A stretch of DNA of 62,400 nucleotides from Thermoproteota archaeon (lineage in GTDB: Archaea > Asgardarchaeota > Jordiarchaeia > Jordiarchaeales > Freyrarchaeaceae): NCBI GenBank assembly GCA_029258835.1, contig JAPDJY010000037.1, forward strand, positions 1 to 62,400, given 5' to 3'. Shown here piece after piece: positions 1-10,707 of the stretch. Below the pieces are notes generated by a model. That model worked only from the letters and a program-made list of their open reading frames with translations. It was not told the origin of the DNA and ran no database searches. The position numbers and the translations under genes were made by a program. Positions within the stretch are counted from its first letter, which is position 1. The number at the start of each line of letters is the position of its first letter.

Positions 1-1433
1 CCTATGGCTTCCCCCTGGAGCTCACCGAGGAGATCGCCGGGGAAGCCGGGGTGAAGGTAGACAGAAAGGGGTTCGAGCGCAAGATGGAAGAGCAGCGGTC
101 CCGCTCCCGCAGCGTGAGTGCCTATGACGGCGGGGCCACTTCCGAGGAAGTGGTGGCGGCCAGGGTCACCCCTTTCCTCGGCTACCGGACGCTGGAGGCC
201 GAGGCGGAGCTCCTTGCCGTCCTGGACGGGGAGGGGAATGAGCTTCCCGCGGCTGAGGAGGGGGAGGCGCGGCTCGTCTTCTCCGCCACCCCGTTCTACG
301 CCGAGGCCGGGGGACAGATCGCGGACACCGGCCGGGTGGAGAACCTGTCCCGCCCCGGCGTAGCGGAGGTGACCGACGTCCAGAGGTCCCCTCAGGGAAC
401 GCTCCATTTCGTCGAGGTAATGGAGGGCGAGTTCCGGCCGGGGGACAAGTGCCGCCTCGTGGTGGACGAAGCCCGCCGCCGGAGGATCGAGCGGGCCCAC
501 ACCGCCACCCACCTCCTCCACGCCGCCCTGCGGAAGATCCTGGGGGAGCACGTGATCCAGGCCGGTTCCTGGGTGGGGCCGGAGGAGCTACGGTTCGACT
601 TCACCCACTTTTCTGCTCTCACGGAGGAGGAGCTGGCGCAGGTAGAGCGAGAGGCCTTTCTACCAGTGCTCTCAGATATAGCACTAAAAATCCAGGAGAT
701 GGGTTTGGAGGAGGCCAAGGCCTACGGGGCCATCGCCCACTTCGAGGAGGAGTACCGGGGGAAGGAGCGGGTGCGGGTGGTGGAGGTGCCCGGGGTTTCC
801 AAGGAGCTGTGTGGCGGAACGCACGTCAGGCGCACCGGCGAGATCGGCCCCATCGTGATCCTCGCCGAGGAGGCGGTTGCCGCCGGCACCCGGAGGATCC
901 GGGCCCTGGTAGGGGAGCGGGCCCGGGCATACCTGGCCGCCCTGCGGGACGAGCGGCGGGGACTGGCCCGCCTGCTCAAGGTGCCGGAGGCGGAGGTAAC
1001 GCAGGCGGTGGAGCGGCTGGCCGCCGAGGCCACCGCGCTCCGCAAGGAACTGGCCGCCTTGGAAGAGAAACTGGCCTCCCTGCAGGCCCTGGAACTCGTC
1101 TCCCGTGCCGAAGAGGTAGGAGGGGTGAAGCTCCTGGGGGCGGTGGTGGAAGGGGGGCCGGAGGCGGCCAAGCAATTGGTGGACCACCTAGCGGAGCGCC
1201 TGGGGCGGTGTGCGGTGATCCTGGGAACCAGGTCCGGCGACCGGGGAGTGGTAGTGGCCAAGGTAACCGACGAGCGGCTTCACGCCGGGGAGCTGGTGCA
1301 GGAGGCCGCCCAGGCGTTGGGCGGGAAGGGCGGCGGCCGCCCCACCTTCGCCCAGGGCGGCGGCCCGGACGTAGGGGCTTTACCTCAGGCGATCGAAGCG
1401 GCTTTGAGAATCGCCCGGGAGAAGCTCAGATAA
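1..1433 (+). CDS. alaS: Alanine--tRNA ligase, C-terminal part (5'-truncated by window edge; bacterial fragment)
   Basis: YGFPLELT upstream of the listed ORF; TPFYAEAGGQIADTG, HTATHLLHAALR, ELCGGTHV editing motifs; C-terminal GGKGGGRPTFAQGGG. Confidence 0.97.
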   Translation, partial: YGFPLELTEEIAGEAGVKVDRKGFERKMEEQRSRSRSVSAYDGGATSEEVVAARVTPFLGYRTLEAEAELLAVLDGEGNELPAAEEGEARLVFSATPFYAEAGGQIADTGRVENLSRPGVAEVTDVQRSPQGTLHFVEVMEGEFRPGDKCRLVVDEARRRRIERAHTATHLLHAALRKILGEHVIQAGSWVGPEELRFDFTHFSALTEEELAQVEREAFLPVLSDIALKIQEMGLEEAKAYGAIAHFEEEYRGKERVRVVEVPGVSKELCGGTHVRRTGEIGPIVILAEEAVAAGTRRIRALVGERARAYLAALRDERRGLARLLKVPEAEVTQAVERLAAEATALRKELAALEEKLASLQALELVSRAEEVGGVKLLGAVVEGGPEAAKQLVDHLAERLGRCAVILGTRSGDRGVVVAKVTDERLHAGELVQEAAQALGGKGGGRPTFAQGGGPDVGALPQAIEAALRIAREKLR

Positions 1434-2565
1434 GGCGGACCGGCATGCACACGTAGATGAACCCCTCGTCACCGGGGGCGATGTCCCCGGCGGGCTCGAT
1501 CAGCCCAGCCCGATCGGGCTCGGATAGCCACAGCGCCACCTGCTCGGAGTCCATGCGCCTGAGGGCGTCGATCAGGTACTCGGCCTTGAACGCGATCTCG
1601 ATGCCCTTGCCCGGGGCCTTCGCTAGGCGCACCCGCTCATGCCCCTCCCCCTTCTCCTTGGAAGCCGAGTGCACCTCCACCGCCGTTTCTTCCGGGCTGG
1701 CCTTGATGGTCACCGCCCCGGACTCCTCGGTGGCGGTGATCTCCAGGCGGCGCAGGGTGTCCAGGAACGCCTCGCGGGGCAAGAACAGGCCGATCTCGTT
1801 ATCCCGCGGGATTACCCGTTCGAAATCCGGGAACTGCTCCTGAATCAGGCGACTGGAGAACAGTACTGGGCCGGCGGCGAAATGAAGCTGGCCGTCCTCC
1901 GCGTAAATCTCCACTTCCTCCGCCTCCACCGGGGACAGCACTCGCTGCAGGTCCCCCAGCACCTGGGCATCGACCAGGAACGAGGCCTCGTACCCCTCGG
2001 GCAACCCTTCCACCGGCACCCGCTTGATCGCCAGCCGATAGCCGTTGGTGGCGGCCAGCTTCAGCGTCCCGTCGCGGAACACCAGGTCCACGCCGGTGAG
2101 GGCGAGTCGGGTGGTCTCGGAGGCCTTGAGGGCGGCGAATGCGGTTTGGGAGATGGCCCTGAGGAAGGAAGGCAGCGGCAGCTTGCACAGGGGGGCGTCG
2201 CTGGGGCGAGTCAGTTCCGGGAAGTCGTCCGCGGCCATGGTGAGCAGGTCGAACACCGCCTCCCCGCATTGCAGCCGCACCTTCCCGTCCACTTCGGTGA
2301 GGCTCACCTGGTCGGCCTCTGGGAGGCGGGTCACTAGCTGGGCCAGCACTTGCCCCGGGCAAACCACCGTGCCCTCCCCGTCCACCTTGGCCGGAACTTG
2401 ACACAGGATGGCCCGCTCCAAGTCGGTGGCCGCGAGTTCCATCCCTTCCGGTGTCCCCCGGAACCGGATCCCCCCCAGGATGGGCATGGAGGTCCGCCCG
2501 CCTAGGGCATGGCTGGTTGTCCTAACGCCGAACACCAAGTCCTCACGGCCACATACGATCTCCAT
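1426..2565 (-). CDS. dnaN: DNA polymerase III beta sliding clamp
   Basis: PILGGI, ATDLE, ATNGYRLA, FPDFERVIP, C-terminal YVCMPVRL; 379 aa. Confidence 0.96.
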   Translation of the reverse strand: MEIVCGREDLVFGVRTTSHALGGRTSMPILGGIRFRGTPEGMELAATDLERAILCQVPAKVDGEGTVVCPGQVLAQLVTRLPEADQVSLTEVDGKVRLQCGEAVFDLLTMAADDFPELTRPSDAPLCKLPLPSFLRAISQTAFAALKASETTRLALTGVDLVFRDGTLKLAATNGYRLAIKRVPVEGLPEGYEASFLVDAQVLGDLQRVLSPVEAEEVEIYAEDGQLHFAAGPVLFSSRLIQEQFPDFERVIPRDNEIGLFLPREAFLDTLRRLEITATEESGAVTIKASPEETAVEVHSASKEKGEGHERVRLAKAPGKGIEIAFKAEYLIDALRRMDSEQVALWLSEPDRAGLIEPAGDIAPGDEGFIYVCMPVRLI

Positions 2566-2619
2566 CTTCCCTCCTCATCACCGAAACTTGACCGGGGCGG
2601 TCTACTCGCCCACCGCATG

Positions 2620-3222
2620 TTACCCGGGCAGGGGGAGGCGGGCCAGGATCTCCCGGCACACCTGCTCGGGGGGGCTGGTGGCATCGATCACATATCCCCG
2701 GGGGACAGAGCGGATGAGCTCAAGGTAAGCGGCCCTCACCTGGGTGAAGAACTCCAGCCCCTCCCCTTCGAACCTGTCCCTATCCCGGGTGCGCTGATAG
2801 GCGACCTGGGGAGGCAGATCCAGCAAGAACACGTAATCCGGCTCGAGCCCGCCGGTGGCAAGCTCGTTGAGCTGCCGCAACAGGGCCAGGTCCACCCCCC
2901 GGCCATAGCCTTGATAGGCCAAAGTGGACAAGGTGTAACGGGAGCAGAGCACCCATTTCCCTTCGTTTAGGGCAGGTCGAATCACGCGTTCCACGTGTTC
3001 ATGTCGATCCGCCACCATGAGGAGGAGCTCCGTGAGGGGGCGGATGTCCCGGCGGGGGTCCAGAAGCAGCCGCCGCAGTTCCCGCCCCAGAGGAGTGCCG
3101 CCCGGCTCCCGGGTGGTGAGGTGGGGAATATTGTGGGCCGCCAGGTGCTCCGCCAGTAGCTTAAGCTGTGTCGACTTGCCGGAGGCGTCCGGGCCCTCCA
3201 GCACCACGAACAACGGCTTCAC
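2620..3222 (-). CDS. tmk: Thymidylate kinase
   Basis: [16 protein letters not shown]-loop, [19 protein letters not shown]; probable GTG start overlapping the lspA stop (GTGA). Confidence 0.95.
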   Translation of the reverse strand: MKPLFVVLEGPDASGKSTQLKLLAEHLAAHNIPHLTTREPGGTPLGRELRRLLLDPRRDIRPLTELLLMVADRHEHVERVIRPALNEGKWVLCSRYTLSTLAYQGYGRGVDLALLRQLNELATGGLEPDYVFLLDLPPQVAYQRTRDRDRFEGEGLEFFTQVRAAYLELIRSVPRGYVIDATSPPEQVCREILARLPLPG

Positions 3223-3365
3223 CCGTCCCTCCACACCAGTCCCACCGCCAACAACACCGCCCCCACCACCACCGCGGCGTCGGCCAAGTTGAACACGGGG
3301 AAGTGCGGCAGTTCCAGGAAGTCAAGCACGTATCCGTAGGCAAGTCGGTCGATGAAGTTCCCCCA
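3219..3365 (-). CDS. lspA: Lipoprotein signal peptidase II, C-terminal fragment (5' part cut off at sequence junction)
   Basis: Manual translation [34 protein letters not shown] carries the LspA GNxxDR, DF and FNxAD motifs; not in ORF track. Confidence 0.9.
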   Translation of the reverse strand, partial: WGNFIDRLAYGYVLDFLELPHFPVFNLADAAVVVGAVLLAVGLVWRDG

Positions 3366-3372
3366 TGAAACA
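3360..3372. other. Junction between bacterial (GC-rich) and archaeal sequence; probable contig concatenation or chimera
   Basis: lspA is cut mid-gene; composition switches at once to AT-rich intergenic DNA followed by archaeal genes. Confidence 0.85.
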
Positions 3373-3511
3373 TCCATCTTACTGGGAAGTCTCCCGTAAA
3401 ATAAAATTAGATAAAGATTTTTTCACTCACATTATCCTTCGCAAGATGGCGACATAAAAATTAAAATGGGGAATTAGACCTAGCTGTTACTGCCTTAAAA
3501 GAAACGCAAAT

Positions 3512-4741
3512 TTACGATTTTGTGGCGTCGCCATTCTCCTCTTCAATTATCATTGTTATGGGAACCTTGCCGCCATTAGATATAATGTTATAAAGCTCAA
3601 TGACTTCTTCATGCGGTACACTGGTCTTTCTTCCAAAGAGGTATTGCTCCTGTATTTTTAAGAGAATCTTGCTTACGACAGGATCGTCCTTGTTGATATC
3701 TATCCCAGCTTCCCTCAGGACGAAAACTATGCTCTCTCTTCCCGTGGTCTCCCCTATAACTATCTTCTCTCTCAGACTACCCTCTCTCATTCCTACTTCC
3801 TCGGCTCTCACCCTTTCGTACAAAGACACGTCCCTGAGAACCCCGTGTGCATGTATCCCTGACTCATGACGGTAAATGTTCCTGCCGACTATAGGCGTGT
3901 TGGGTGGCAGCTTTATCCCTGAGGCTTTCTCTACGAACGCTGCCAACTCTGCCAATTTGCCGATCTTATACTTCCTTATGTTAAAGTGTTTGTACAGGTT
4001 GTATAGTAGTGCTTCAAGGGATGTGAAGCCGCCTCTCTCGCCTAGACGGCAGACGCTGGTGTCAAGCCATTTGGCGCCTGCCCTGAACGCTTCTATAGCG
4101 TTTCCTACAGCCATGCCCATGTCATCGTGCCCGTGAAACTCTATTGGAATCTTAACTTTCCTTTTCAGCTCCGAAATCACAGTATACGTTTCGTGTGGTA
4201 TGAGTTCTCCAAGGGTGTCACAATACCTTATCCTGTCCGCTCCCGCATCGGCCACCGTGTTAGCGAACTCCACCAAGTATTCTGGCTCTGTGCCCACGCT
4301 CTTCTCCGCGTTAACGGAGACATAGAGTCCGTGATCCTTGGCGTAGGTTACGGCCTCACACATTGTCTCCATAATCTGCTCTTTCGTCATGCGAAGCTTC
4401 TTCTCCCTGTGCCCCTTCTCGGTGGCTATCGATAATGCCACCGCTCCAAAGTCAAGCCTTGTACCAATCGACTTCTCCAAGTCTCTTCGTAGTCCTCTAT
4501 GCCAGACTAGGAGCTTGTCAGACAATCCCATCTTGTTTAGCTCCCTGATAAGGTAGTAGTCCTTTATTACGTATGAGGGGGAGAAGACTTCTATCTGGTC
4601 TACGCCTATTTCGTCGAGCATCCTAGCTATCTCGATGCACTCGTAAAGTGTTAAGTAGACACCTGGCATTTGCCGTCCGTCTCTGAGTGTAGTATCGCAA
4701 ATATACACTTCGTCCATCTCTAGCACCTTTACATTTTTCAA
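3512..4741 (-). CDS. Homocitrate synthase / LeuA-family Claisen condensing enzyme (DRE-TIM), no regulatory domain
   Basis: DTTLRDGRQ, YCDTLG, HGHDDMGMAVGN, LGERGG, HESGIHAHG. Confidence 0.85.
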   Translation of the reverse strand: MKNVKVLEMDEVYICDTTLRDGRQMPGVYLTLYECIEIARMLDEIGVDQIEVFSPSYVIKDYYLIRELNKMGLSDKLLVWHRGLRRDLEKSIGTRLDFGAVALSIATEKGHREKKLRMTKEQIMETMCEAVTYAKDHGLYVSVNAEKSVGTEPEYLVEFANTVADAGADRIRYCDTLGELIPHETYTVISELKRKVKIPIEFHGHDDMGMAVGNAIEAFRAGAKWLDTSVCRLGERGGFTSLEALLYNLYKHFNIRKYKIGKLAELAAFVEKASGIKLPPNTPIVGRNIYRHESGIHAHGVLRDVSLYERVRAEEVGMREGSLREKIVIGETTGRESIVFVLREAGIDINKDDPVVSKILLKIQEQYLFGRKTSVPHEEVIELYNIISNGGKVPITMIIEEENGDATKS

Positions 4742-5439
4742 GATAGAACATTACATAATTCCAAGTACGAGATATGGGATACATAGGAAATTCATTGTCT
4801 TATATTCTTTTCTCCAGCACCACAATACAAACGTCAACATTCAACTTCGACCGTAACCATGTCATAGGCAAGTTTAAACAATTTAAAAGGGTTTAAATGA
4901 AAGATGCAGAAAATATGACCCGGGTTTTATCGCACAAACAGTTAAGATGCTTGATGGCGAAAAATGGGGACTCGTCAACGTGGTCCAAGGTTAACTTGTT
5001 GGGTGGTCTTTCTGCCATTCCAATGTGGGCTGTTATCATCTCTACTCTCGTCGCCGTGGCTCTGTACACGTCTTCTCCGCTGAGACCGGCTTTCCTAGGG
5101 CTATTCAGGTTCGTCCTCCCGTCACTCTTTCCAGTAGCAACGCAAGGTACACTACTTTAGCCAGTATATCAGTGAGCTTGGAATAAGGCTATAGCTCCTA
5201 CCCATCCAACTGTGGACTGATAGTTCAGGTGTATTGGATGCCCTCACTCCCTAGCCTACTTAAACTTTTGAGAAAAGCAGCCATCACGAAGGCGTTATCT
5301 TCGGCTTTGCTGCAGCCGTCGCTTGACCAGCATAGGCGCCTTCCCCATGTCGATTTCCCCCTTACGTAAGTCTTTCCGCGCCTTGCGAAACAGTTAAATA
5401 TTTGGTAAGTGTCTGTGAGTGCTGGTCTGGCCACAGGGT

Positions 5440-5745
5440 GGCCTAATGGGGTGGAATCTTCAGGTGTGGGGCTCCGGGGCTACCCCGAAAGCCCCATCAG
5501 AGGCGTACGCCTCGATGACGGGGAAACGCCTGACAGACCAAAACCCACATCACCCATAAAAGCCTATCAAGCGTGAATCCCGCTTTCTTTGTGTTGTAGG
5601 CGTATCAACAGCCCTTCTCCGGCTGGGAACGTAAAAAAGCGCGTTCTTCCCGAAGGCCGTAGCATGCCATATTTCCTCTTCGCAGTAATTGACTTGACCT
5701 TCATAATCCTATGGATCCCGGCTCTGAAGGGTGACGTGTTCTTCT
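5440..5745 (+). mobile_element. Degraded IS200/IS605-family remnants (tnpB 3' end/right-end-like and left-end-like hairpin)
   Basis: CAGGTGTGGGGCTCCGGGGCTACCCCGAAAGCCCC resembles archaeal tnpB 3' ends; ATCCCGGCTCTGAAGGGTGAC resembles IS605 terminal hairpins; no intact ORF. Confidence 0.4.
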
Positions 5746-6004
5746 TCATCCTAGTATCATGGATTCCTGCAGGGTGCAGATGCTACTGAAACGCAACGTG
5801 ACAGAGGTATAGCTGGTACTAGTTAACAGTTTAAAAAGAGAAAGAAGAAAGTTTCGCGGGACGCAGCCTTTCTCCTAAGGTTTTCCCTTTTTATTGCAAA
5901 AGCTATTCCCTAGAGGAATTAGGATTCGCACTAATGAATTATATTTAAGTGAAAAAACTCGCGTTTATTAACTGCTACACGTGGTTAGATTTGGAGGGAA
6001 CGGA

Positions 6005-7174
6005 ATGGCTTCTGGCTTCGATTTCGAGGGGAGATTAAGAAGGATTCGATCTTTAATGGAAGAGGAAGACGTAGATGTTCTGGTTGCCACTAGGCTTATG
6101 AGCGTCTGCTACGTTTCTGGCGCGTTCATCCCGTACAGGGCAGCAGCCATGATACCGAGGGAAGGAGATGTTGAACTGTACCCTTCACTCATTGAATCAG
6201 AGCGTATAAGAGAAGAGTCGTGGATAAAAAATATAAATCCTTGGGCTCCGATACCCGGGCTAAACTGGACCGAGCAAGTTGCTGAGAGGATCAAGGCGTT
6301 AGGGCTTGAAAAAGCGAGGATTGGTGTTGAATCGGAAATAACTCCTAGGCTGATCGAGGGCGTAATAACCCATGCCGAGCTAAGCATGTTACAAGAGAAG
6401 CTTCCAGACGCCAAATTTGTGAACGCATCAAGGGTTATGAATGAAGCGGTGGTCGTTAAGGAACCGGCTGAAATTGAAAGGATGAGGAAGGCAGCCGACA
6501 TTGTTGATGCTGGAATAAAAGCCTCGCTTAAAGCGTTAAAGGTTGGTGTAACGGAGACGGCGGTCGTCGGAGCCGGGGAAAAGGCCATGCGTGAACTCGG
6601 CTCAATGTGGAACTGGCCCATTACAGGAGGCGACGAGATATCATCAGGTTATCGAGGCGGATACTCGAGGTGTGGCTGCACTCCCCCCTCAAACAAGACA
6701 ATTAAAGAAGGAGAAATAGTTATGATCGACCTGCACGCAACGTATGACCTATACTACTCGGATTTATCGTTTAACGTCGTCATGGGGAAAGCCAACCAGG
6801 AGCAGAGGAAAATGATAGAAACGTTCGTCGAGCTATCATATACCCTCCTCGACAACGTCGCCCCCGGAGTGAGGATAGGAGAAGTCGCTCAGAAAGTTAT
6901 GGATAAGCTCAGCAAGACAGAGTACGCCCCTCACACTCCACCGGTATTTGGGCATGGAATAGGAATAGTTGGTCATGAATGGTACCCGCCCATAGCCCCG
7001 TTCGAGCCATGGACGAAATATGAGCTTAAAGAGGGGATGGTGGAAGAACTCTACCTCCAGATAAACAAGCCTGGGGTCGGAGGGCTAAGGCTGGAGGTTC
7101 CCGTGCTGATAACTGGGAGAGGGTGCGAAAAGCTTACGAAAACCCCGATAGAGCCGGCTGAGCTACCCGTGTAG
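6005..7174 (+). CDS. M24-family (Xaa-Pro peptidase/creatinase-like) protein
   Basis: Creatinase-type N-domain, VKEPAEIERMRKAA, IDLHA..YYSD, GHGIG, GGLRLE. Confidence 0.85.
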   Translation: MASGFDFEGRLRRIRSLMEEEDVDVLVATRLMSVCYVSGAFIPYRAAAMIPREGDVELYPSLIESERIREESWIKNINPWAPIPGLNWTEQVAERIKALGLEKARIGVESEITPRLIEGVITHAELSMLQEKLPDAKFVNASRVMNEAVVVKEPAEIERMRKAADIVDAGIKASLKALKVGVTETAVVGAGEKAMRELGSMWNWPITGGDEISSGYRGGYSRCGCTPPSNKTIKEGEIVMIDLHATYDLYYSDLSFNVVMGKANQEQRKMIETFVELSYTLLDNVAPGVRIGEVAQKVMDKLSKTEYAPHTPPVFGHGIGIVGHEWYPPIAPFEPWTKYELKEGMVEELYLQINKPGVGGLRLEVPVLITGRGCEKLTKTPIEPAELPV

Positions 7175-7276
7175 CCCCCTCCTGCCCTTAATCTCCATCA
7201 AATCAACTGCAAAACCTTTAACTAGCCTACCATCTCTAAAACGCGAAATCGGCTTAACTTGCGCGTCCTTCCGGAT

Positions 7277-8338
7277 TTAACTGAAGATTAAATCCTTAGG
7301 TCTCCTCGTTAGAACCTTTGCCCCTCTTTTCTCGACGACAACCATGTCCTCTACTCGTACCCCTCCAACACGGAGAATGTACACTCCGGGTTCAACGGTG
7401 AAAACCATGCCCTCTTTAAGCTTTGCCTCACTCACCGGGGAAATGTGAGGTAGTTCGTGCACGTCTAACCCTACCCCATGCCCTAGACTGTGGGTGAAGC
7501 ACTCCCCGTACCCCCTCTCCTCCAGAATACTCCTAGCCGCGCGGTCTACTTCTTTGGCGCTAACACCGGGCTTGACAGCATTTACAGCTGCCTCTTGGGC
7601 TTCAATGACCGCGGTTAGCATTTCCACCTTCTCCTTCCCTCCTCCAAGAACAACAGTTCTCGTAACGTCTGAGCAGTAGCCGCCGTACTTCGCCCCTAAA
7701 TCTATTACTACAAGGTCCCCCTTCCTGATCCTGCGTGTGCTGCAGGTGGCGTGAGGGTTTGCCCCCCTCTTACCGGATGCAACTATGGTGTCGAAGGGGA
7801 ACCCTTCAGCCCCCGCCCTCCTCATAGCGTACTCTGCCTCAGCAGCCACCTCACACTCTCTAACGCCAACGTCCACCATACCCACTGCAGCCTCCAGCCC
7901 CCTCTCAGCTATCTTGGCAGCCCTAACAATCCTCTCAAGCTCCCCCTTCGACTTAACGCTTCTAACCCTCATCATCACGTCTGAACTTTCAAAGGAAACA
8001 TGTGGAAGCTCCTCCCTAAACCTAGACAGCAACCCTGACTCTAACGAGTCCTCAACCATAACCCTCCCAAGCCTCCCCCCTGCAACCTCCCTAAGCTTCC
8101 TAGCGTATCCCCCCTCCCCCGCAACCTCCACCCTAACCTTACAATTCTCCCTAGCAAGCTCCGCGTCTCCCCGGGAAACCACAAGCACAACCTCCCCCCT
8201 CTTAGGAACAAAAAGAAGAGCAGGAAACCCTGGGGTAAACCCTATAACATACCCTATGTTTTTCGGGTTCACCAAGAGAAAACCGTCATATTCGCCCATC
8301 ATCTCCCTCAAAACGTTGACGCGCATCCTCGCACCCAC
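7277..8338 (-). CDS. pepQ: Xaa-Pro dipeptidase/aminopeptidase (M24B)
   Basis: DLGAKYGGYCSDVTRT, HSLGHGVGLDVHE, TVEPGVY, GVRVED. Confidence 0.9.
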   Translation of the reverse strand: MGARMRVNVLREMMGEYDGFLLVNPKNIGYVIGFTPGFPALLFVPKRGEVVLVVSRGDAELARENCKVRVEVAGEGGYARKLREVAGGRLGRVMVEDSLESGLLSRFREELPHVSFESSDVMMRVRSVKSKGELERIVRAAKIAERGLEAAVGMVDVGVRECEVAAEAEYAMRRAGAEGFPFDTIVASGKRGANPHATCSTRRIRKGDLVVIDLGAKYGGYCSDVTRTVVLGGGKEKVEMLTAVIEAQEAAVNAVKPGVSAKEVDRAARSILEERGYGECFTHSLGHGVGLDVHELPHISPVSEAKLKEGMVFTVEPGVYILRVGGVRVEDMVVVEKRGAKVLTRRPKDLIFS

Positions 8339-8466
8339 CTAACAAAGACGAAAACATAAAAATAAAATAAGCGTTCCCTAACGGGGAACAGCGAGAAACG
8401 CTAACCAGAGGAGCCTCGAAACACGTAAACGTCCCCAAGCAGCTTAACATGCTGAAGGTGGCCCAC

Positions 8467-9048
8467 ATGCTCACCGTAGCCGTAGGATCCCAAAACCCTG
8501 TAAAAGTAGACGCCGTCAGGTCCGTCATGGGCAGGCTAATAGGCAAGGTAAAGGTAACTCCCGTTAAAGTAGACCCGAAAGTACCAAGCCAACCCATCGG
8601 AGTGGAGCAAACCCTGAGAGGAGCCATAAACCGCGCCTCCCTAGCGCTAGAAAAAACAGGCGCAGACCTAGGCGTCGGAATAGAAGCAGGACTCATCGAG
8701 TTCCCCCAAACAAAAACCGGATACATGGACTTCCAGTACTGCGCCATAACAGACAGGGAGGGGTGGACAACACTAGGCTGCGGTCCAGGCTTCGAATACC
8801 CGCCACATGTAATCCAAGCAGTCTTCACGAGGAAAATCGAGGTAGGAGTGGCGATGATGGAGCTTACAGGCATCAAGGACCTAGGAAGAAAACAAGGAGC
8901 TATAGGCTACCTCACCCACGGCGTCATACCAAGGAAAAAGCTAACCGAAATATCAGTCATAATGGCAATGATACCACGAATAAACAAGCAACTCTACACC
9001 ACAACCAACACACCACTAAAGAAAAAAGCAACCCAAAAGAAAACTTAA
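8467..9048 (+). CDS. yjjX: Inosine/xanthosine triphosphatase (YjjX/DUF84 family)
   Basis: VGSQNPVK, QPIG...GAINRA, GIEAG, GAIGYLT. Confidence 0.9.
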   Translation: MLTVAVGSQNPVKVDAVRSVMGRLIGKVKVTPVKVDPKVPSQPIGVEQTLRGAINRASLALEKTGADLGVGIEAGLIEFPQTKTGYMDFQYCAITDREGWTTLGCGPGFEYPPHVIQAVFTRKIEVGVAMMELTGIKDLGRKQGAIGYLTHGVIPRKKLTEISVIMAMIPRINKQLYTTTNTPLKKKATQKKT

Positions 9049-9070
9049 AAACAGCCCGGCCCTCTAAAAC

Positions 9071-9448
9071 CTAAATTAACTGCGCGATCTTTTCAGCAGC
9101 CCTCTTCATGTAAAGCCTAAGAACCCCCAGATTAGCATCCTTAGTCGCACTAGCCGTTATCACGGCATTCGGGCCAGCACCCATAACCAGAATGTACCCG
9201 TCACTACCCCTAACATAAACCTCATCCACAATCCCCTTCTCAAACTCCTGAACAGCCCTCTCACCCAGACTAAGAATCGCCGCAGTAATAGCCGCCAACC
9301 TCACATCATCAATCTCCGGAGGAAGACTAGCCGCAATAGGCAACCCCTCAACACTAACCACAGCCGCCCCCTCAATTTGAGGAACATTCTCATGCAACTC
9401 CCTCAACACATTCTCAATCTCCTCGTTCTTGCCAAGCAGCATCCACAT
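9071..9448 (-). CDS. Roadblock/LC7 (MglB-like) protein
   Basis: GAAVVSVEGLPIAA, AAILSLGER, VYVRGSDG, ANLG. Confidence 0.92.
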   Translation of the reverse strand: MWMLLGKNEEIENVLRELHENVPQIEGAAVVSVEGLPIAASLPPEIDDVRLAAITAAILSLGERAVQEFEKGIVDEVYVRGSDGYILVMGAGPNAVITASATKDANLGVLRLYMKRAAEKIAQLI

Positions 9449-9514
9449 ACCACCTCAAACACCACTTCAAACAAAAACCCAAGCAACACCAAAACCCTTA
9501 CATCTTACTCTTAC

Positions 9515-10078
9515 TTACATCTTATAAAGCCTCTTCAAAAGCACCTCCCTGGCAATAGCCTGAAAGGCCCTCTTAACGCCCAAACCCTTAATAGCAATCG
9601 ACTCGTAAATTGGAAAACCGTCAACACCAAGAGCCTCCACAAGCTCCTGCCTAGGCATCGCATCAGGCAAATCCCTTTTATTAAGCAAGACAACCATTGG
9701 TATCTCCTTACCAAGCTTATCCCCCAAAAACCCCCTAAGCTCCTCCAAGCTCTCAATGTTATTCTGAAGCTGCCTCCTCGACGAATCAACCACAAATATC
9801 AACCCATCCGCCCCCTGAAGAACTATCTTACGCTGATGCCTATGCCTCCTCTGACCAGCCACAGTGAACACGTCAAAAACCACCTTACCAGTAGCTGAGA
9901 TCGGCGTGTAGTCAAAGTATAATGTGCGTCCTGTCGGGTCTTCCACCGAGGTGAATCCCCCCTTAGTTAGCCCGGTGACCTCGTCATAGATCCAGCGTAA
10001 GCACGTAGTCTTCCCGCTCAGGCTAGGGCCGACATATACTATTTTAAAATGTATCCGTCCCTCCGCATCCTTTCTCAA
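9515..10078 (-). CDS. MglA-family small GTPase
   Basis: KIVYVGPSLSGKTT, RTLYFDY, TVAGQ (MglA-type G3), NKRD. Confidence 0.92.
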   Translation of the reverse strand: MRKDAEGRIHFKIVYVGPSLSGKTTCLRWIYDEVTGLTKGGFTSVEDPTGRTLYFDYTPISATGKVVFDVFTVAGQRRHRHQRKIVLQGADGLIFVVDSSRRQLQNNIESLEELRGFLGDKLGKEIPMVVLLNKRDLPDAMPRQELVEALGVDGFPIYESIAIKGLGVKRAFQAIAREVLLKRLYKM

Positions 10079-10131
10079 GGCTTACACGTCTCCTTCTCTT
10101 TTTTAGGGCTGGAGGGTTTGAGAGGGCGTTA

Positions 10132-10614
10132 TTACACTTTTTCCAGTTCTCCGAATGCTGCTTTCAGCTCTTCCTCTTCTTCTCCTTCTGTTAATGGTAC
10201 TACTGGTTTCTCGGCTAGGAACTCGTCTAGGATTACTTTTAGCTGTTCTGACGCTTTCTTCATGAGCAGCCTTACCATTCCTATGTTTACCGTTTCATCC
10301 GTTATGACGCATAGGATTCCTTTCCCGCAGCTCGCCGCGAAGATTTTCCCGTGCTCAAACTCGGATGTTACTATTTGGAGTTCTCCTAGCTCTAGTCCTT
10401 TCCCCTGTTCTTCGCTTGCACAGTAGACCGCTGAGGCTATGGCTCCTATCCCGTCTACGTCTACTTTAAAATAGCTGAACCGCGTCGTATATGCTATGGT
10501 TAAACCCGTCCTGTCGACCAGGATTACCTTTTTAATGCCGCTCTCCGCCTTGATCACTTCGGCTAGTACGCGTTCGAACGCCTTAACATCTACTGCCATT
10601 TGGGTTTCCTCCAA
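10132..10614 (-). CDS. Roadblock/LC7 protein with acidic C-terminal tail
   Basis: ILVDRTGLTIA, IGAIASA, VNIGMVRL. Confidence 0.88.
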   Translation of the reverse strand: MEETQMAVDVKAFERVLAEVIKAESGIKKVILVDRTGLTIAYTTRFSYFKVDVDGIGAIASAVYCASEEQGKGLELGELQIVTSEFEHGKIFAASCGKGILCVITDETVNIGMVRLLMKKASEQLKVILDEFLAEKPVVPLTEGEEEEELKAAFGELEKV

Positions 10615-10707
10615 CTTGACGTCCTTTTAATTGTAAAGTTTTTTCGCATATATTTGGTTTTCGCACAGTTGTTTTTGTATTGTTTCTGCTGTTTCTTGGA
10701 TCTTGAT

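Noticed and set aside
449-2970. Long alternative-frame ORFs in the GC-rich region
   Set aside because: Shadow ORFs of alaS, dnaN and tmk caused by high GC.
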